Shown here piece by piece: positions 61,255 through 64,000 of a DNA stretch of 64,000 bases (position 1 is the stretch's first letter; each line of letters begins with the position of its first letter). The DNA is from Candidatus Multivorans sp. (GTDB taxonomy: Bacteria > Acidobacteriota > Thermoanaerobaculia > Multivoradales > Multivoraceae), in the NCBI GenBank assembly GCA_965247095.1, contig OZ251997.1, forward strand, positions 2,432,001 through 2,496,000. Reading direction: 5' to 3'. Position numbers and translations under genes: made by a program. A model generated the notes under the pieces. It saw only the letters and a list, made by a program, of their open reading frames with translations. It was not told the origin of the DNA and did not search any database.

Positions 61255-61286
61255 AAGTGGGGCCGCACACTCAGTCGGGCGCTGCG

Positions 61287-61451
61287 ATGGAAGCCACGGC
61301 CCCCGTCCGCGAACTGACCCGCAAAGATCTTGACCGCCAGCGCCTGCGCGACCGGCTCCTCACGGGCGCGGCGTCGCCACGAACCGGCAAGGCCGTCGCC
61401 GCCTACTTCGACCAGCTCCGCGGCCGGGTCCGCGAAGCCGGCCCGCGCTGA
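61287..61451 (+). pseudogene. ParD-like antitoxin C-terminal remnant
   Basis: VRELTRKDLDRQRLRDRLLTGAASP..AYFDQLRGRV. Confidence 0.7.
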
Positions 61452-61486
61452 GCGGCGTCCCTACTCCTCTACGTCGAAAGGCGGAT

Positions 61487-61834
61487 TCAGCCCGGAACGA
61501 GATCGTCCAGGCCGATACCGAGGGCATCGGCAAGCCGCCGCAGGGTGTGAACGGAGCCGGTTCGGCGACCTGCTTCGATGTCAACGATCTGGACGCGGCT
61601 CGTGTCGGCGGCGCGGCCCAAGGCGGACTGCGAGAAGCCGCGGTGTTCGCGCCAGACCCGCAGAGGCGGCTCGCCGTCGATCAGCCGCTCGGCGACCGCC
61701 TCAGGAAGGAACTCCTCAGTTCCAGCGTCGATTCTCGCCTGCACGGCGAGTGCGGCCTGAACGTCGGCCAGATCCTCCTCGACGGTGCACAGGCGCTGAT
61801 ACTCGGCCTTCGGGATCGTCACGGTGTCAGTCAT
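61487..61834 (-). CDS. XRE HTH antitoxin
   Basis: PLRVWREHRGFSQSALG..IEAGRRTGSVHTLRRLADAL. Confidence 0.88.
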   Translation of the reverse strand: MTDTVTIPKAEYQRLCTVEEDLADVQAALAVQARIDAGTEEFLPEAVAERLIDGEPPLRVWREHRGFSQSALGRAADTSRVQIVDIEAGRRTGSVHTLRRLADALGIGLDDLVPG

Positions 61835-61837
61835 GGG

Positions 61838-62092
61838 TCACTCCTTGTAAGCACTACCGCGGCTGGCGACGTGAAGAACCTCAAGCCGGTCACCGTCACG
61901 GATGATGGCCCGCCAGTCACCGACTCGGAGTCGGAGTAGTCCACCGTAGCCCCGCAGTCGGGACACGTTGTTCGCTTGGGAAGCGGGGTCTTCGACGAAA
62001 GCCCGGATCTTGCGGCGTAGGCGGATGGCGTTGTTGCGGGGCATACGGGTGAGGATCCTCACGGCGCTACGGCTGTAGACGATCTCCTTCAC
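61838..62092 (-). CDS. RelE/ParE toxin
   Basis: IVYSRSAVRIL..NVSRLRG..LRLRVGDWR..SRGSAYK. Confidence 0.88.
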   Translation of the reverse strand: MKEIVYSRSAVRILTRMPRNNAIRLRRKIRAFVEDPASQANNVSRLRGYGGLLRLRVGDWRAIIRDGDRLEVLHVASRGSAYKE

Positions 62093-62265
62093 TGGGGGAA
62101 TGTAGCGTTGGGCGACAGTGTCGTCAAGCGCGACACGTATTAGGGACCTGGTCGGACGCCGTCACTGCGCCCGGCGGAGCGGGTCGCCGGGAAACGATGC
62201 GCGGGGCAGGACGGGACCCGTCCTCGCAGGGGCACCTCGTCGACTACAATTCGCGCCAACCAGGG

Positions 62266-63135
62266 ATGACCAGTCAACCGCCAGCGCCGCTCCAGTCGGG
62301 GGACCGCGTTCGCCATCCGAAGCTCGGCCTGGGCCAAGTGATCGAAGTGGGGGGCGGCAACGCGAGGATCTTCTTCGTGGACGCAGGTATCAAGAAGATC
62401 GCGGTCACGAGGTTCCCCCTGACTCCCCTCGCCCCCAGACCGGCCCATTGGCGTCTCGACGGGCTTGACCTGACGGGGTCTTCGCTGGACGCGCCGGACC
62501 GGCCGTACCGCAATGTTCAGCAGTGCATCGAGTACTTCATGAGCGAGTATCCCGATGGGTTTTACGGCGAGAAGTACCTCGCCGGAGAGCGAAACTACAA
62601 GGTGGACACGCATCGGCAAGCGGTCGTGCTGCTCGACCGTGACCGCCTCAATGGCCTTCTCAAGGAAGGCAACTACTCGGAGGTGTGCGAACGCGCCAAG
62701 AGGAGCCTCGCGAACGTGGTCAACTGGCGCGAGTCCGACCTCCTGTGGAAACAGGTTCTCGGCGATGACGCCCGAGAAAAGGCGTTCGCCACAAGATTGC
62801 GAACGCTCCTCTACGGATCGCGGAGTGAAGATGCTGATTTCGAACAGTTCGTTTCGTGGTTGGACAACTTGGGCGCAGCAAAATGGCCTCTCTCGACGTA
62901 CTTTCCGTGGATTCTGTTCCCCGACCGAGAGGTCCTGGTTCAGCCCAACAGTGTCAAGGCCGCCGCCGACGCTTGGCGGCAAGACGTGGGATACAGCCCG
63001 CAAGTGACCTGGGACGGCTATCGACGGATCCGCGACTTCTGCGAGCGCGTCCGCGACGAACTGGCAGAAGTCAAGCCGAGAGACTTCATCGACGTTCAGT
63101 TCTTCATGTGGGTAGTGAGTTGGCAGAAGGGTTGA
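62266..63135 (+). CDS. DUF3553/PcrA-Tudor-like N-domain fused to unknown helical domain
   Basis: GDRVRHPKLGLGQV..IFFVDAGIKKI; ERNYK; KWPLSTYF; PRDFIDVQFFMW. Confidence 0.65.
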   Translation: MTSQPPAPLQSGDRVRHPKLGLGQVIEVGGGNARIFFVDAGIKKIAVTRFPLTPLAPRPAHWRLDGLDLTGSSLDAPDRPYRNVQQCIEYFMSEYPDGFYGEKYLAGERNYKVDTHRQAVVLLDRDRLNGLLKEGNYSEVCERAKRSLANVVNWRESDLLWKQVLGDDAREKAFATRLRTLLYGSRSEDADFEQFVSWLDNLGAAKWPLSTYFPWILFPDREVLVQPNSVKAAADAWRQDVGYSPQVTWDGYRRIRDFCERVRDELAEVKPRDFIDVQFFMWVVSWQKG

Positions 63136-63166
63136 ATGCCGATCCGGCGATGCCCGCCGCGCGCAC

Positions 63167-63616
63167 CTATTGGCGACCCGCGGTGAACTCCTCGCCCTGG
63201 CCTTTCAGCCACCCCTCAACCCCCACCGCGACCTCCTCCAAGCGCCCTTTAGGGCGCAACGCGCACTCCCAGATGACCCCAACGCGCCAGCCGGCCTCAA
63301 GCAGCGCCGTCCGGTGATTCCGGTCGCGGCGAACATTCGCCGCGAACTTCCGCTCCCAGTACGTCCTGTTGGTCGCCGGCGTCGTTGCGCGCGGACAGCC
63401 GTCGTGGCGATGCCAGAAGCAGCCGTTCACGAAGCAGACCGCTCCGTAACGGGGAAAGACGAGGTCCGGCCGGCCCGGAAGCGCGGAATCGTGGAGCTTG
63501 TACCGCAAGCCGCGGGCGTGGAGCGCGCGCCGGAGAATCAACTCCGGCCCAGTGTTCCGGCTCTGGACTCTCGCCATGATGCGCGAACGAGTCGCGCTGT
63601 CGAAGGTGTCCGGCAC
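63167..63616 (-). CDS. vsr: Very short patch repair endonuclease
   Basis: DTFDSATRSRIM..NTGPE, LPGRPDLV, GCFWHRH, GWRVGVIWEC. Confidence 0.95.
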   Translation of the reverse strand: MPDTFDSATRSRIMARVQSRNTGPELILRRALHARGLRYKLHDSALPGRPDLVFPRYGAVCFVNGCFWHRHDGCPRATTPATNRTYWERKFAANVRRDRNHRTALLEAGWRVGVIWECALRPKGRLEEVAVGVEGWLKGQGEEFTAGRQ

Positions 63617-63784
63617 TCTCTCCTCGGCCTCAGGCCGAGCCGCAGATATTCGGTGGGAAGCACTGAGGCTACCGCATCGCCACCGGCCGATCCGAGAGCC
63701 ATATCTGCTCCTGTATAGTCGCGGGCGCCACTCACCCGGTCGGATCTCCTGAGGATCCGACCCGCCGCCAGGAGCACCTAAGGC

Positions 63785-64000
63785 TTGTTCGAGACCTCGC
63801 GAGAAAGGTCTGAGAGGACTGCCAGCACCCCTGCGCTCGCGGTTTCGGACTCGGCCTCCCGGCCCGGTGAACAGGACCGGCTGAGCGACGCGCCGACGGC
63901 TGGCCGCTTTGCGGAGTTCTTTGCCGGAATCGGTCTGGTCCGCGAGGCGATAGAGCCGCTTGGCTGGCAGTGCGTCTTCGCCAACGACATCGCGCCGCGC
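63785..64000 (+). CDS. C5 DNA cytosine methyltransferase (5' part; start uncertain, runs off window end)
   Basis: Motif I FAEFFAGIGLV..GWQCVFANDI; divergent from vsr. Confidence 0.85.
   Translation, partial: MFETSRERSERTASTPALAVSDSASRPGEQDRLSDAPTAGRFAEFFAGIGLVREAIEPLGWQCVFANDIAPR

Noticed and set aside
6312-62092. Integron cassette array explaining the TA density
   Set aside because: No IntI, no recurring attC-like sites seen, and gene orientations are mixed

Overview
GC-rich (visually ~65-70%) bacterial DNA. The Oar-type TonB receptor, DUF6152/'EYxCHEGNY' secreted proteins, DUF1501/DUF1549-1553 genes, sulfatases, TauD and dense toxin-antitoxin content suggest an Acidobacteria-like, possibly host-associated organism (inference only). 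The window is a plasticity zone. It mixes intact periplasmic and catabolic genes with about 11 intact TA pairs, several TA remnants, and more than 20 gene remnants, many keeping both ends but lacking the middle. Main observations: (1) three annotated ORFs at 26120-28042 (-) form one reading frame with two in-frame TGA codons in UxxC and CxxU motifs, each followed by a SECIS-like hairpin, which predicts a two-selenocysteine Prx-like/DsbD-N-like/AhpD-like protein; (2) tRNA-Glu(TTC) is followed by a three-unit ~97-nt palindromic array built from sense and antisense copies of its own 3' end; (3) diverged duplicate genes (tauD-like, cyclophilin, ICL/PEP mutase, MFS, RHH antitoxin), where similarity often stops at the stop codon and equivalent intergenic positions hold different TA modules; (4) an intact but apparently catalytically dead ExoIII homolog, an orphan HEPN-like ORF and a Tudor-fusion ORF beside vsr and a C5 methyltransferase. 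All family calls come from motif recognition by eye, not from database searches.
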